Positions 39,021-50,900 of a stretch of 64,000 bases of DNA are shown here, piece after piece. A model generated the notes under the pieces. The model saw only the letters and a list, made by a program, of their open reading frames with translations. It made no database searches and was not told the DNA's origin. The stretch covers positions 457,213 through 521,212 of the forward strand of contig NIVC01000592.1 in NCBI GenBank assembly GCA_002269645.1. The letters run 5' to 3'. Source of the DNA: Macrostomum lignano. Taxonomy: Eukaryota. Each line of letters starts with the position of its first letter. Position 1 is the first letter of the stretch. The translations under genes and the position numbers were made by a program.

Positions 39021-39173
39021 TTGCTGTCTTGGGATGATTTCTTTTTGCATTGCACTTCATTTGAGTAGTTTGTCTGTTTTCTTTGTGAAAGCTTTATTTG
39101 GCTATCTTCTTATTACTTGTAGAGAACAGAGATTCTATACGGATGTCCCCCAACGGGGGGCGAAGATTGCTAG

Positions 39174-39680
39174 TTGAAACTAAAGGCTTCGATTCTGAAC
39201 AACTGAATAAATATTAGATGTTAGTTGCGGACTTATTATTAGTTCGTTATTATTATTATGATTCGTTTTTATAACTACGCGAGATACAGGAGCAGAACGA
39301 AAAGGAGGAAAGGTAACAAACAATCAAACCAACAACAACAAGAACCAGTAAAAAAGATGACTCCAAAGTTAACGCATATATAACAAATGGCGTGGAGGAT
39401 CCCAGGGGTGGGACAGAGGATGGGACAAGGGAAGGGACAACGATGGGAAATGAGGAAACCCGGCCGCTGGAAACATTAAAACAGCAGAGGCCAAGGGAGG
39501 GAACAGAAAAGGGAACAGACGAGGGAGCAAAGGCGGGGACAACCGGGGGAACAAACCAGGGAGCGAAAAATTAAAACATGACGTCAATTCGTCATCCTAA
39601 GCAATTGGGTGGTATGTCCCGCCGTTGTTCGCGCTGGAGGCCTGCCGTCGTTCACCCCAGTGGTAGACCGGCCTACCACA
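39174..39680 (-). repeat. 5' LTR, upstream part (507 bp)
   Basis: Matches 31393-31899 with 2 substitutions. Confidence 0.95.
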
Positions 39681-40266
39681 GACGCAACTTTTCCATTTGC
39701 CAGACCCTCAACTGCTTCGAGGAATGCTTCCAAGAGCGAAAAATACAATAGGTTGAAGGCAATAAATGAGATGATAAACACCACCAAAACTTCAGTAACA
39801 TTGTCAAAAAATATGCGAGCCCCGTTGACAGAAACGCCGAGCCATTTTGTTACTTCGCACAGGAGGTGGACAGGGAGGTCGCTGCGGAAAACTGTGCTTA
39901 GATCCAGTTTCAGGCGTCCGAGGAGCAGTGAAAGCCCTCTGGCGATTTTCTCCACTTCAATGTCAACGGGGTCTTGAAGGGGCTTGCAAAACTTGAAATC
40001 TGGAAATAGGAAAGATTAAACCAGTTAAATGGGGACCATGTTCTATATAGAATAATCTCAAATTTGAAAACAAATTGGCACTAGAAGCATGTATAAACCA
40101 AGCCAGCAGTCACAAAAAAGCTGCAAGTATTTATAATATATAGAAGTGGTTCTTAAAGTAAATAAAAAAGGCAATTCTCAGTAAGGTATCTGTCATATTA
40201 AATATATGATTTAATTTGTTCGCTGCCCCTCCCCCCCCCCACCTGCCTTCCTCTTCAGCCTTAGCC

Positions 40267-41399
40267 ATGCTCTGCGAGCACCCAGTGGTTCTGTACACCC
40301 CCATGGCGATTCTGGTTGGCGCCTTTATAGCCTCGGGCCTGTACTACATGCTCACCAACCAGGGCCATCGCTTCGACATTGGCGCCGTCATTGAGGGCAT
40401 CTCGCCCTACCTGTGGGCCAACCTGGGCGTCGGCCTCAGCATCTCCTTGTCCGTGGTGGGCGCGGCCAGCGGCATCTACACCACCGGGGCCAGCATCCTG
40501 GGCGGCGGGGTCAAGGCGCCTCGGATTCGAACTAAAAACCTCATCAGCATTATTTTCTGCGAGGCTGTGGCCATCTATGGCATCATCATGGCCATTGTGA
40601 TCTCCCAGATGATCGAGCCGTTCAATGAGATGGCCGCCACCGAGCGAATCCGGAGGGCCAACTATCAGGTGAGGGGTCTGGTTAAGGGTACGGTCTCCTT
40701 TGATCTTGGAATCCACTGCGGCATCCTTTGATCTTTGAAGCCGCTGCGGCATCCTTTGATCTTTGAAGCCACTGCGGCATCCTTTGATCTTTGAAGCCGC
40801 TGCGGCATCCTTTGATCTTTGAAGCCGCTGCGGCATCCTTTGATCTTTGAAGCCGCTGCGGCATCCTTTGATCTTTGAAGCCGCTGCGGCATACTTTGAT
40901 CTTTGAAGCCGCTGTGGCATCCTTTAATCTTTAAAGCCACTGCGGCATCCTTTAATCTTTGAAGCTGCTGCGGCATCTTTTGATCTTTTAAAGTCACCGC
41001 GTCGGCTTATGGTATATGGTAATTGATCCTCTGGCACTGGTGTGTGGTGCATCCCTATCTCACGGTTTTTCTTTTAATTTGATGACTTAATTGCATTGAA
41101 AATGTTATTAAACTACTGTCGTTAGTAGTGCACAGACAGAACATTCATAAAAATCTCTCGCGCCGCCTCAGGCCGGCTACGCGTTCTTCGCCGCCGGCCT
41201 CACCGTCGGTTTCTGCAACCTGTTCTGCGGCCTCTGCGTCGGCGTTGTCGGCTCCGGCGCCGCTCTGGCCGACGCCCAGAATCCCACCCTGTTTGTGAAG
41301 ATCCTCATCGTAGAAATTTTTGCCAGCGCCATTGGCCTGTTTGGAGTCATTGTGGCCATCCTGCAGAGCTCCAACGCCAAGATGGGTGACAAAGTTTAG
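40267..41399 (+). CDS. ATP6V0B: V-type proton ATPase 21-kDa proteolipid subunit c'' (2 exons, 209 aa)
   Basis: Exons 40267-40668 and 41172-41399, phase 0. Motifs [27 protein letters not shown] (functional Glu) and [19 protein letters not shown]. Confidence 0.96.
40714..40995. repeat. 28-bp minisatellite in the ATP6V0B intron
   Basis: Unit GCCGCTGCGGCATCCTTTGATCTTTGAA, about 10 copies. Confidence 0.95.
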
Positions 41400-43117
41400 A
41401 GTCCCCGAAAGAGGTCGATGCGAGGTCATGACCTCTTGAACTCTTGGAATTCCAGCCTGTGCTGGGCTTGTCTTGTTGCTTCAGTTTTGCTTGTCATTCG
41501 TTACTTTATTTGCAAAGCTACTAATAGTAGTTCGTACCTGAGTCGTGCATCTACTTAGTTAGCGCCGCAGTTTCCTCCCTACTGTGCGTTTATGATGTGT
41601 CGTTTCGTTGGAGATATGTTCCTGCATAATAATTATCTAACTGTTTATTGATTTTGTGTTAGACTTCATTTTTGCACCTTATTTTCTTTATTTGTTGCTT
41701 TTTGCAATGCCATTTCCGAGCAATAATAATTCATCTTATTTTGAATTCTCGTACTGCTAAGTCAATAAATAATAGCATCTATTTCCGCTGTCAATGTCTA
41801 GTCCTAACAGTAGTGTAGAACATCGTTATTAGTTTTTTCCGTCAGGTACAAAATTTAGTATCTACATGTAGTTCAGGTTAGTGAATTTTCGAATCTCTGT
41901 TGTCCTTGCCGCTATACAAACTGATGTCCTATTCGCTCATGACTAACTAAAGTGTGTTATGCTTTTCTCTAATGCGTTATTAGTTTGTTTAAATACTTTA
42001 CAAGTTAGTCAGGTTAAAGCACATTGTTGTTTTTAACATTTGACCTATTTTTGTTGTCACTAAATAAATACACCGTTAAATAATATCTGTTTTATTGTAA
42101 ATTTTTGTTTAAAAATGAGCATAAATCTTCGAGTTGCGCTTTGATATTTTTATTTTGTTCGAAAAATTATTTATCTTGGTTGTTCAAACGTAGTGTGGCG
42201 GTCGGACAGACGCACCAAACTATCCCTCGAGCGTTCGCGAGTCCACCAACTTAAATACTAGTATAAATTACATTTATAAAAAACTGTACTAACAGGCAGG
42301 CTACAATTGCTAGCAGCAGGAGCGTGAACCGAGGAAATTCCACTGGAGAAAATACTAATGTTCATGATGCATGTGTAAATGTTGAATAAAATATATTTTT
42401 AAAACTGATGCAATCGATATATTCTCATTATTATTTTATTGGTCATAAGCATTGATCTTCAAAGTTCATACTTTTAATGAAAATGGTATACAGATGCAAT
42501 AAATGTTAAAAATTATTTGTTTTAATTTAGGTGAGCATGAAATGAATGGCTCTTGAACACCCAGTGGCAACGATCTTATCCATAGAAAATTTACCAATTC
42601 GGTTCGATCATATCAGTATGAAAACGTATCATCTGTCGTGCAGACGTGCGAGCCATCGGATAAGAAGCGACCGTAATGCGAATTAATAAACAGCGTTCTC
42701 TCAGATGCACGTGAGGATCAATTGACAAGCTAGAACGCACTAGAAACATTAAATTAAATAAAGTTAATATTAAATTAAACTTATTATATAAGAATAAGAA
42801 TATAGCCTACTTCTATCGTAGTCAAGTTAACAAAGAATCGACGGCAAAAGAATATATGATAAAGTGGTCCTTTATAACAAATTTTACGCGGAAAAACCTT
42901 TATTTATGTGAACCTTTACTGACAACAGCTTTTAAAGGCATTCAATGTTAAACTTTAAGTTTGTTTTTAAGCGTTTTCTAATTTTTTTACCTGAAACCAG
43001 TCACTAAGATACAAAGATTCAGATATAATTCAGATTTAACTTGTAAAAGTTAGTTTCTCCAAATCATAAAATTAATTACATTGCTGAGGGCTGGAGAAAT
43101 TTGGCACCAGACAAATT

Positions 43118-46100
43118 ATGTCACAGGATAACTTGGCAGAAAATAACGAGTTCAATGATGAACCAATTGAGAGGCTCAATTTAAGCAGCTCGTTTACTGA
43201 AAAAGCCAATAGTATTCAATCAGGGAGTAATTCAAAATCACAACGAAGTGATGGCATGGGTTCTACTGGACGGCAAAGTGATTCAGGTACATTTGATCAT
43301 GGAAATTTTTCTGAAATACGTGGAAATATCGTGCTTTACTCTTTTAATATTTTTTCGAATAGGGGATATATTATTAAGATTGTAATGTAAATGTCATTTA
43401 CCATAGAATAATGGATAGTATTAAAATCGATCTTTATTCAGACAATCAATATAAAATTAGAAAAGTTGAGCCTGGAAATGAATAACTGACATCTGAACAA
43501 AATCAGCTTAGTCAATACTCTCAGAAAGAAAATGCATGTCAAATAAAAAAATGTTTTTAGATTGATTGACACTTCAGTAGCCTGATTGTATTTTTTATTT
43601 ATAAAAGTTTCTTTTTAGTTGTATTCTGTACATCTTTGTCATTTTTTTGTACACAAATTAGTTTTTTGCTTTATGCAGATTAGACTTCACTGTTCAAATC
43701 AGAAATATTTTTTGTAGCTCATAATGAAAATACTTAAAATAATTTCAAGTGGAATCTAAATATTTACTTGTTTAACTTGTCTAAATATTTTAATGGTTAA
43801 AGAATCATTAATATTATTGAAAAAACAACAAGTTCATATAACAAAGTTAAAAAAATAAAAGAAACTTAACTTGAAAATGCAGAAAATAACTTTCCACTAT
43901 AATGATAAATTGTGCAATTTATGATTGTTGAAAAGAAAACTTGTAAGATACGAGCTAGATTTGCTTCTTTTTCTGATGACGATTATCAATATAATTACGG
44001 GCCGTAAAAAAACAGGCGTTAAAATATCCATATACTAAAATGGTTTGTCGGTAGGTAGGTATGTGATAGATTTTAGAAAAAACGGGCCTCAACTGATTTT
44101 CTTTAAACTTCTAGAAACCTTCCAAGAGTTTAATTGATCAAAGGATAATCAAAACTCAAGAATACGGGAACAAAGTGAGAAAAGATTGACAAATCCACGT
44201 TTTAGACGGCGTGCTCACAGAGGCGCTGATCGAGGAGTGCGAATGTCTCAGCAACCTCAACAAGACAGCGGACGGGACCAGCTATGCCTACCTAGAGCTC
44301 ACTGCCTCCAGCCTCGGCCTCTGCGACATCAGCGTGCTGGCGGACTATGAGCAGCTCCAGGTGCGCTTATTGACCATTTTTGGGGACAGTCAAGTTGTTT
44401 GACAGGTTGTGAAAGTCGCACAACCAGCTGACCTCCCCTGACCCCTTCGCCAGGTGCTGAACCTGTCGCACAACCAGCTGACCTCGCTGTCCGCCATCTC
44501 CGGCCTCGTCAACCTGGTGCAGGTGGACGCGTCGCACAATCGCCTCCGGTCGGCCTTCGACTTTGGCGACGCTCTGGGCAACCTTCGCTCGGCGGACTTG
44601 TCGCACAATGAAATCGCCGACCTGCCGGACATGACCGCCTTTGGCCGGCTGCGCGACCTTGACCTCAGCCACAACCGCCTGTCCGAAGTGCCGGCCAGCC
44701 TGATGTCCTGCGCCAGCCTGCAGCACCTCAACCTGGGCCACAACTGCATCGCCAGGCTGTGCAACCTGGACTGCCTGCCTCTGGCAACTCTGAACCTGGA
44801 GCACAACAGCATCGAGCGGATCGAGAACCTGGACTCGCTGGACTGCCTCCAGAGCCTGGTGCTGTCCGCCAACCGCATCGAGTCGCTGGCCGGGCTGGAG
44901 GGCCTGCAGCTGCTGCAGATTCTCGACCTGGCCGACAACAAAGTGCTGGAGCTGCTGGAGCTCAGGTCAGCCTCTCCCAGCCCCACTCAGCCGATCGAGT
45001 GAGAATTTAAGATCAAACATTATCTATTATCGTCTCGTCTCTCATCCTTTCAGACACGTGAAAGACCTCCGCCTGCTCAGGCAGCTGAACCTGGCCAGAA
45101 ACCCGGTGCAAGACGTGCCCGACTACCGGCTGCTGGTGATCTTCGATCTGCCCAGGCTCACGCACCTGGATGGCCGGCGGGTCACCATCAAGGAGAAGGT
45201 AAGCACCGGCAGGTGGTCCTGCGTTCGAATCCTTGTGACCGTTCCAAGCTTCGTATGTTGACCAAACTGCTTAACTATATTTTGAAGGTTCAAGCGGAGA
45301 ACCAGGAGAATCCGTCCATGGAGATTGTGGCCCAACGGGACCACAGGCTCAATCTGGTGTACTCTTACTTCCAGCCCCACTATGTGCTCGACAGGTGAGA
45401 ATCTTTCTATTTCTAACTTTTTTCTGCGCGTAAGCGTGTAATACTTTTCTAATTTTAGTAATGTATGCAATTTCCGAAGATTGACCTGGTAGATTGACCT
45501 GGTAGATTGACCTGATAGATTGACCTGGTAGATTGACCTGATAGATTGACCTGGTAGATTGACCTGGAAGATTGACCTGGTAGATTGACCTGGTAGATTG
45601 ACCTGGTAGATTGACCTGGTAGATTGACCTGATAGATTGACCTGGTAGATTGACCTGATAGATTGACCTGGTAGATTGACCTGGAAGATTGACCTGGTAG
45701 ATTGACCTGGTAGATTGACCTGGTAGATTCACCTGGTAGATTCACTTGGTAGATTCACTTGGTAGATTCACCTGGTAGATTGCTTTACCTGGCAGACTCA
45801 CCTGGTAGATTCACCTGGCAGACTTCTCTAATTGATCCCCGTGTAGACTCCCAGCTCGCCGCCCAATGCCCTCTCATACTCTTTCGCGACCCATCCCTGC
45901 CACCAGCACCCTGCAGAGCGCCGAGACCCCGTACCCGATGCTGGTGCTGGTTGGTCCCAACGGCTCCATGAAGAAGGACCTCGCCCAGCGGCTGGTCAGC
46001 GACTTTCCTGAATACTTCGGCTACGGCGTCTCAACGACAACTCGGCCGCCCTATCCGGATGAGGACCCCGAGCGTGACTACCATTTCGTCACGGCCAAGG

Positions 46101-46996
46101 AGTTCGAGGAGCTCCAGGTTGGTGGAAAGTTCATCCAGACAGCGCTGTTCCAGGGGCACTACTTCGGGCTGACCCTGGAAGCTGTCGAAGCCGTCGCCAG
46201 GGAGGGCCTCGCCTGCGTTGTCCACATGGAGCTGGAAGGAGTCCTGGCGCTGAAGAAAACCCACTTTGAGCCGCGCTACGTGCTGACGATGCCGCTGGAC
46301 CGGCACCGGCACGGGCAGCACCTGAGAACCCGCCCGGAGCGGCCTGAGCAGGCGGTGCTGCAGAGCATGGCCAGGGTGCAGCTCTACATCCGCCACAACC
46401 AGCAGCACCCGGGCTTCTTCGACATGTTCATCAACACGGACGAGCCGAGCGAGGCCTACGTGCAGCTGAGGACGCTGGTGATGAACTACTTGGGGCTGAC
46501 TGGCGAGGCGGCCAAGGAGGAGCAGCAGCAGCAGCAGCGGTCTGACGACTTCGCCAGCTCAGGCAAGACGCTGAACCGCACCTGGTCAAAAACCAGCCAG
46601 CAGAGCTCCGTGTTCAACCCGCTGCGACCGTCGGCTCCGCAGACATCCGGCAAGGGCCAGGTGGAGGAGGAGTCGCTGCACAGGCGGCGCAGCCTTGCCA
46701 GAGAGACCGTGTCCAGCGGGAAGCCGCAGGGACGCGTTACCATGGCAACGCCGGGACCGCTGGTTTCGACTCGACAGCCTGCTGGCGGCGGTGGGGCGGC
46801 GTCGAGCTCGCAGGAGTCGGCGAGGACGCAGCAGCAGGCGGCGGCGACGGCGGGGCTTCAGCGCCTGGAGCTCGGCAGCTCCGACAGCGGCCAGGTGCGC
46901 AGCTCGAATCCCAAGGCGCCGCGCAGCCGGTCTCGCGCCGGAGCGGAGGCGCCCGCAGGCGCGACCACCTACTCGCCGGCGATGATCGAGGCTTGA
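43118..46996 (+). CDS. LRGUK: Leucine-rich repeat and guanylate kinase domain-containing protein (6 exons, about 725 aa)
   Basis: Exons 43118-43286, 44206-44360, 44454-44965, 45054-45198, 45288-45394 and 45907-46996 join with consistent phases. LRRs (LNLSHNQL, LDLSHNRL), LRR cap NPVQDVPDYR, and GK domain PYPMLVLVGP...TTRPPY...DYHFV...HMELEGV...FEPRYVL. Exon 1 is the least certain. Confidence 0.92.
44027..44120 (+). mobile_element. Helitron 5'-end fragment in LRGUK intron 1
   Basis: A|TCCATATACTAAAA...GATAGATTTTAGAAAAAACGG...CTGATTTTCTTTAAACTT resembles the 5' end at 36371. A similar start (TCTATATACTAAAAATGAA) occurs at about 22223. Confidence 0.65.
45479..45825. repeat. 13-bp minisatellite in LRGUK intron 5
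   Basis: Unit GATTGACCTGGTA with variants. Confidence 0.95.
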
Positions 46997-47974
46997 AAAT
47001 GAAGGCACAGAAACTGCCCAGCGGGCTTCTGTTTGCTATTTTTCGTAAAAACTTTAAAACTCGCGAGTTCTACCAAATAGCGACTACTGCAGCAACTTTG
47101 CTCATCAGCCAAAGCAACAGTTTTACAACTGAAATATTTTCCTGTCTCACCGAAACCGTCTGCTTCTCTAACTAAACAAGAGCCGCCCTTTTGCATGCCG
47201 CAAGGCGTCAACTGTGTTCTCACATATCAGAAAGTTCAATTTGAAGTCGCACTTTTCTTCCTTTATTTATTTTCTACACCAGACGTGAAACTTGTGGCTC
47301 CTCGTGGAAGGACAAGACTGGAGTCCTTGATTGATTCCTTGACTCGAGGACATTGCGGCCGCACCACTTTGAACCAATGGGAGAAGAGCAGGAAAACCTT
47401 TTATGCTGATCAAACGGTCTATAAAATTTGCCTCCATAGCAGACGCAGCTTCCATCGAGAGACGACAGCGCGCCGATCTTGATGTCTTCAGGTAGTTTCT
47501 GACTTTGCTTGACAATTCAAGCTGTCTCTGCGACCCATTTTTAGCTCGTTAAGGTTCTTGGTTCAGAATTCTGGTCGTTAACCATGAGCCACTGGGTTCC
47601 CTGTCTTCAACCCCCCTCGATAATAACCTCTCACACCTCTCGCGTCAACTAACTGCCCATCAGCTGTCTCTAATAAGACTCTAGGCTCGTATCCATGGCA
47701 ACGGTAAAGCAAGTGAGACAACAAGCAAGCAGCAGAGGAATATGCGAATGCTGGATGAAATCTATTTGGTTTGTGAGACAAAAAATAGACAAAAAATTCT
47801 TGTTTTGCAGATAAAAATATTGTTTCAGCCCGTTTACCTCTGCAAACTCTATAAAAAGTTTTTGGTTTTGAAAATTATTTTTTTGAAATCAGATTTGGAC
47901 GAAATGACAATCTAGACGATGGGTTTCAGAGTTTCAGAGTTTCAGAGTTCTCCAGCTGGGAGACCCAGCCGCGG

Positions 47975-50900
47975 TCAGGCCCCAATATTTTGGTCGCAGG
48001 TGCAGCCGGCCACCTGCTTGACGTTGACTACGAAGCTCCTGCCAGGCAGGTTCGAGCAGCTGACCGTCACAGGCGCCTCAGTGGACTCGCGGGTCGGGTG
48101 GCAGCAGCTGCAGAGTGACGCCACCGGCTGGCCAGACAGGGCCGCGTGCTGCTCAAGGACGTAGTTCACCTGCGCCTCGGTCTGCGGTTGGTTAGCATTG
48201 GTTAGCTTTGAAGATCAATGTTCATAATAAGGAGGGCTGTGTGCACCTTGGCGTGTACAGCGGCCCTGACTTTCTAATCAGAAGGCATGTACACTCTCTG
48301 TGCCTTGGGGGTCGGCCCTCGTGGCTGGGAACCGCACGACAACCCCAGGCCAATTTTCGTGCGCAAGCCCCAAACCAATGCGGTGGCGCACGGAATCGAA
48401 CCAGGGGTCGCGGTGGCGCGAGATTCAGGCGCTGAGCTGCTCCGCCCCATGAATTGGAAGTTTTCTGTATATTGGCAGTGTGTCGTGGCCACTCCTAAGC
48501 AAACACCAATAGGCAGCTAAAAATAGGCTCAACTCACAAATTCATTGTAGACCTCCGGCGTCACTATGCAGTTGCTGGGGCAGGTTCCCTCGCAGCGGGA
48601 GCCGTGCAGCGGAGCTTTCAGTTGGCACACGTAGCCGTCCGGTGTGAAAATCGACTCGATGGTCACGTTGACCTTCGTGCAGCTGGGCAGGGCCATGCTG
48701 TAGCAGCAGCGGCTGTAGTTAGCCGTCCGGTAGCCTTGAGCCAGCGAGGCGTCCATGTTGCCGTCCAGGTTGGTGCAGGACGGCATGGCCTCCACTCCGA
48801 TGAGCGTCTCCTCGTACTTGCCCTGCAGGCAGGTCCGGTGCAGACAGGCGTCCATGTCGTTGGCGCTGTAGCCGTTGGGGTAGACCACACCGTTGACTGA
48901 GCACTTGTAGCAGTCCTCCACTGGCACGCAGCTGCCAGTGCTGTTGCGGACAAGGCCCGCAGAGCAGTGACAGCCAGCTGAGCAGGCTGCCGGGGCTTCG
49001 GCGCCACTGAGGACGCCAGCGCAGGTCTGATCGCAGGTCTTCGACTCGTAATGGACAGCGTTCGGGTCGCAGCACTTGCCCTCTTCGCCGAAGCAGTCGT
49101 CAAACTTTTCCAACGGCTCGGTGCACTCAACGCCGCCGAACTCCGCCTGTTGCAGAATGCTGCGCGTGGACAGCTTCTTGCCGGAGCCGCAGGTCACGTT
49201 GCAGACACCATCACTAGCCCAGTCTGAGTAGATGCAGTCCTTCTTGCAGTCCTTGCTGGTGCACTGCCAGGCGCCATCAGTGCACGTGCACTGGTTGCAG
49301 TCCTTGGCTGTGGTATAGCCTGGTGGAACACGACCGTTCTTAACGCTGTCCGGCGCCGGGCCCAGCAGCGCGGCGTTCCAGGCGCAGGCGCATTCGCTCT
49401 TTCGGACGCATTGTCCGTCTTGCATGTAGGTGTTGTCGGGACAGGCGCAGCCGCTCTTGCAGTCGGTCGCAGCGCACACTTCTAGGTCGGCCAAGTCGCT
49501 GCACCGCTGGTGGCACCGGTTGGCGCAGTCCGACTTCACAAGCGGCGCCTGACAGACATCGGTCTGGCAGGGAATGATGCAGGGCTCGTTTTCCCGTGTC
49601 ACGCAAGGCTGGCCATTGTTCTGAGCCTCTACGGTCACCGAGCGCGTCCTCGTCCGCAGTCCGCTGCCGCAGCTCGGGTCACAGACGGTGCCAACGTCAC
49701 AAGTGACACTGCAGGCGCTCCAAGACTGCCAGCTGCCAGCAATGCAGTCCACGTCGCAGCGGATGCTGCAAGGAACGGTTCGCTGGGTCTGCGGACACGC
49801 GTCGCCTCCATGCTGCGGCTGGACCAGGATTTGCCGGGTCTGCACCATCTGGCCGTAGGCGACGCCGTTGACGCCGTCGCACACAGCTGAGCAGGTGCTG
49901 TTCTGCCACTCCGTAGACACCTTGCAGTCGATGGGCTCGTTGCAGTCCGCTGGATTGGTGGTGCCGCAGCGCTCAGTCTCTCGGTTCGCTAATCCTGCAA
50001 GTTTTGAAACCAATTCATTCAAGTGTGCCGAATCAGCAGTATTAAAATCTCTGTATTTTTACCGTCTCGATGAGCAATTCTGCCCAATCCACTGACCCCT
50101 GAGCACACACAAGCCTCGACTGTCTATTCCTCATGCAGGTACCGTACCGTCAGGCGTGTGAATCGCACGCACGAAAAAACCTTGGGTCGATTTTCGTTCA
50201 CAAGCCCCAAATGAATGCGGCCGCTCACGGAATCGAACCCGGGGTCGTGGCGCGTTTACTGCTGAGCCGCTCCGCACCCATTGAGCACCCTGAAAACTCA
50301 CCAGTGCTGTCTGGAGCGCATGTTCGCTTATCCGCCGGGCAGATCTTGTGGCACAGCCGCTGTCTCTCGCGAGTCTGACTGCCGCAGGCGCCTGTGCAAT
50401 TTGTCCACTGCGTCCAGCTGGTCCAGACTGGCAGCGGCAGGTCCGACTGGTCCAGCGGGATGCACTTGCGCTCGCCGCTGGCGTAGTCGCAGTAGCACTC
50501 TTCGCATACCGTGTCCGAGGGCATGCGCTCGCCGGCGCGGTACCAGTAGTCAATCTCGTCGAAGCAAAGCGGGCAGGTCTGGGCGTTGCACGGCTGCGCT
50601 TGGGTGCTGTTGCCTTCGCAGGGCGCTCCGCTGCCGCGGCGCTGCACGCTGTGATCTCGCTGGCGAGTCTGCGTGCCGCCCCCGCACTCCACCGAGCAAG
50701 GCTGCCACGCCTGCCACTCAGCCCACTGGCAGTCGCAGTTCACGCTGGGGACGCACTGGCCGACGCCGTCTACGCAGACCTTCTCCGAGCACGGCAGGCA
50801 TTGGACAGCCTCCAAGTTGCAGGGACACTCCGCCGGCTTGACGCACCTGTTGCTGGTCCGGTCCCACACGGTGCCGCTCGGGCAAAAGCAGCCGTAGCCG

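Larger units (their letters stand above)
36371..39173 (+). mobile_element. Non-autonomous Helitron, 2803 bp, inserted in the 5' LTR
   Basis: 5' TCCTATATACTAAAA, 3' CTAG, hairpin CCCCC-AACG-GGGGG about 10 nt before the end. Inserted between A and T of the LTR sequence CTCAA|TTGAAAC with no TSD. No RepHel ORF. Confidence 0.9.
31009..39680 (-). mobile_element. Gypsy/Ty3-type LTR retrotransposon, internally deleted (no RT/RNaseH/integrase), with a nested Helitron
   Basis: 891-bp LTRs (TG...CA) differing at about 4 positions, PBS, gag with zinc knuckle, aspartic protease LLDTGS. Possible 4-bp TSD GACA/GACG. Confidence 0.93.

Noticed and set aside
38429-39037. GDACYL/WGMLAI repeat ORFs
   Set aside because: Minisatellite inside the Helitron.
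39700-39900. Plus-strand frame with kringle-like words (SPVDRNAEPFCYF)
   Set aside because: Multiple stops and missing cysteines; probably chance.
47281-47482. Possible alternative last exon of LRGUK after TTTTCTACACCAG
   Set aside because: No compatible phase-1 donor identified in exon 6 and no recognisable homology.
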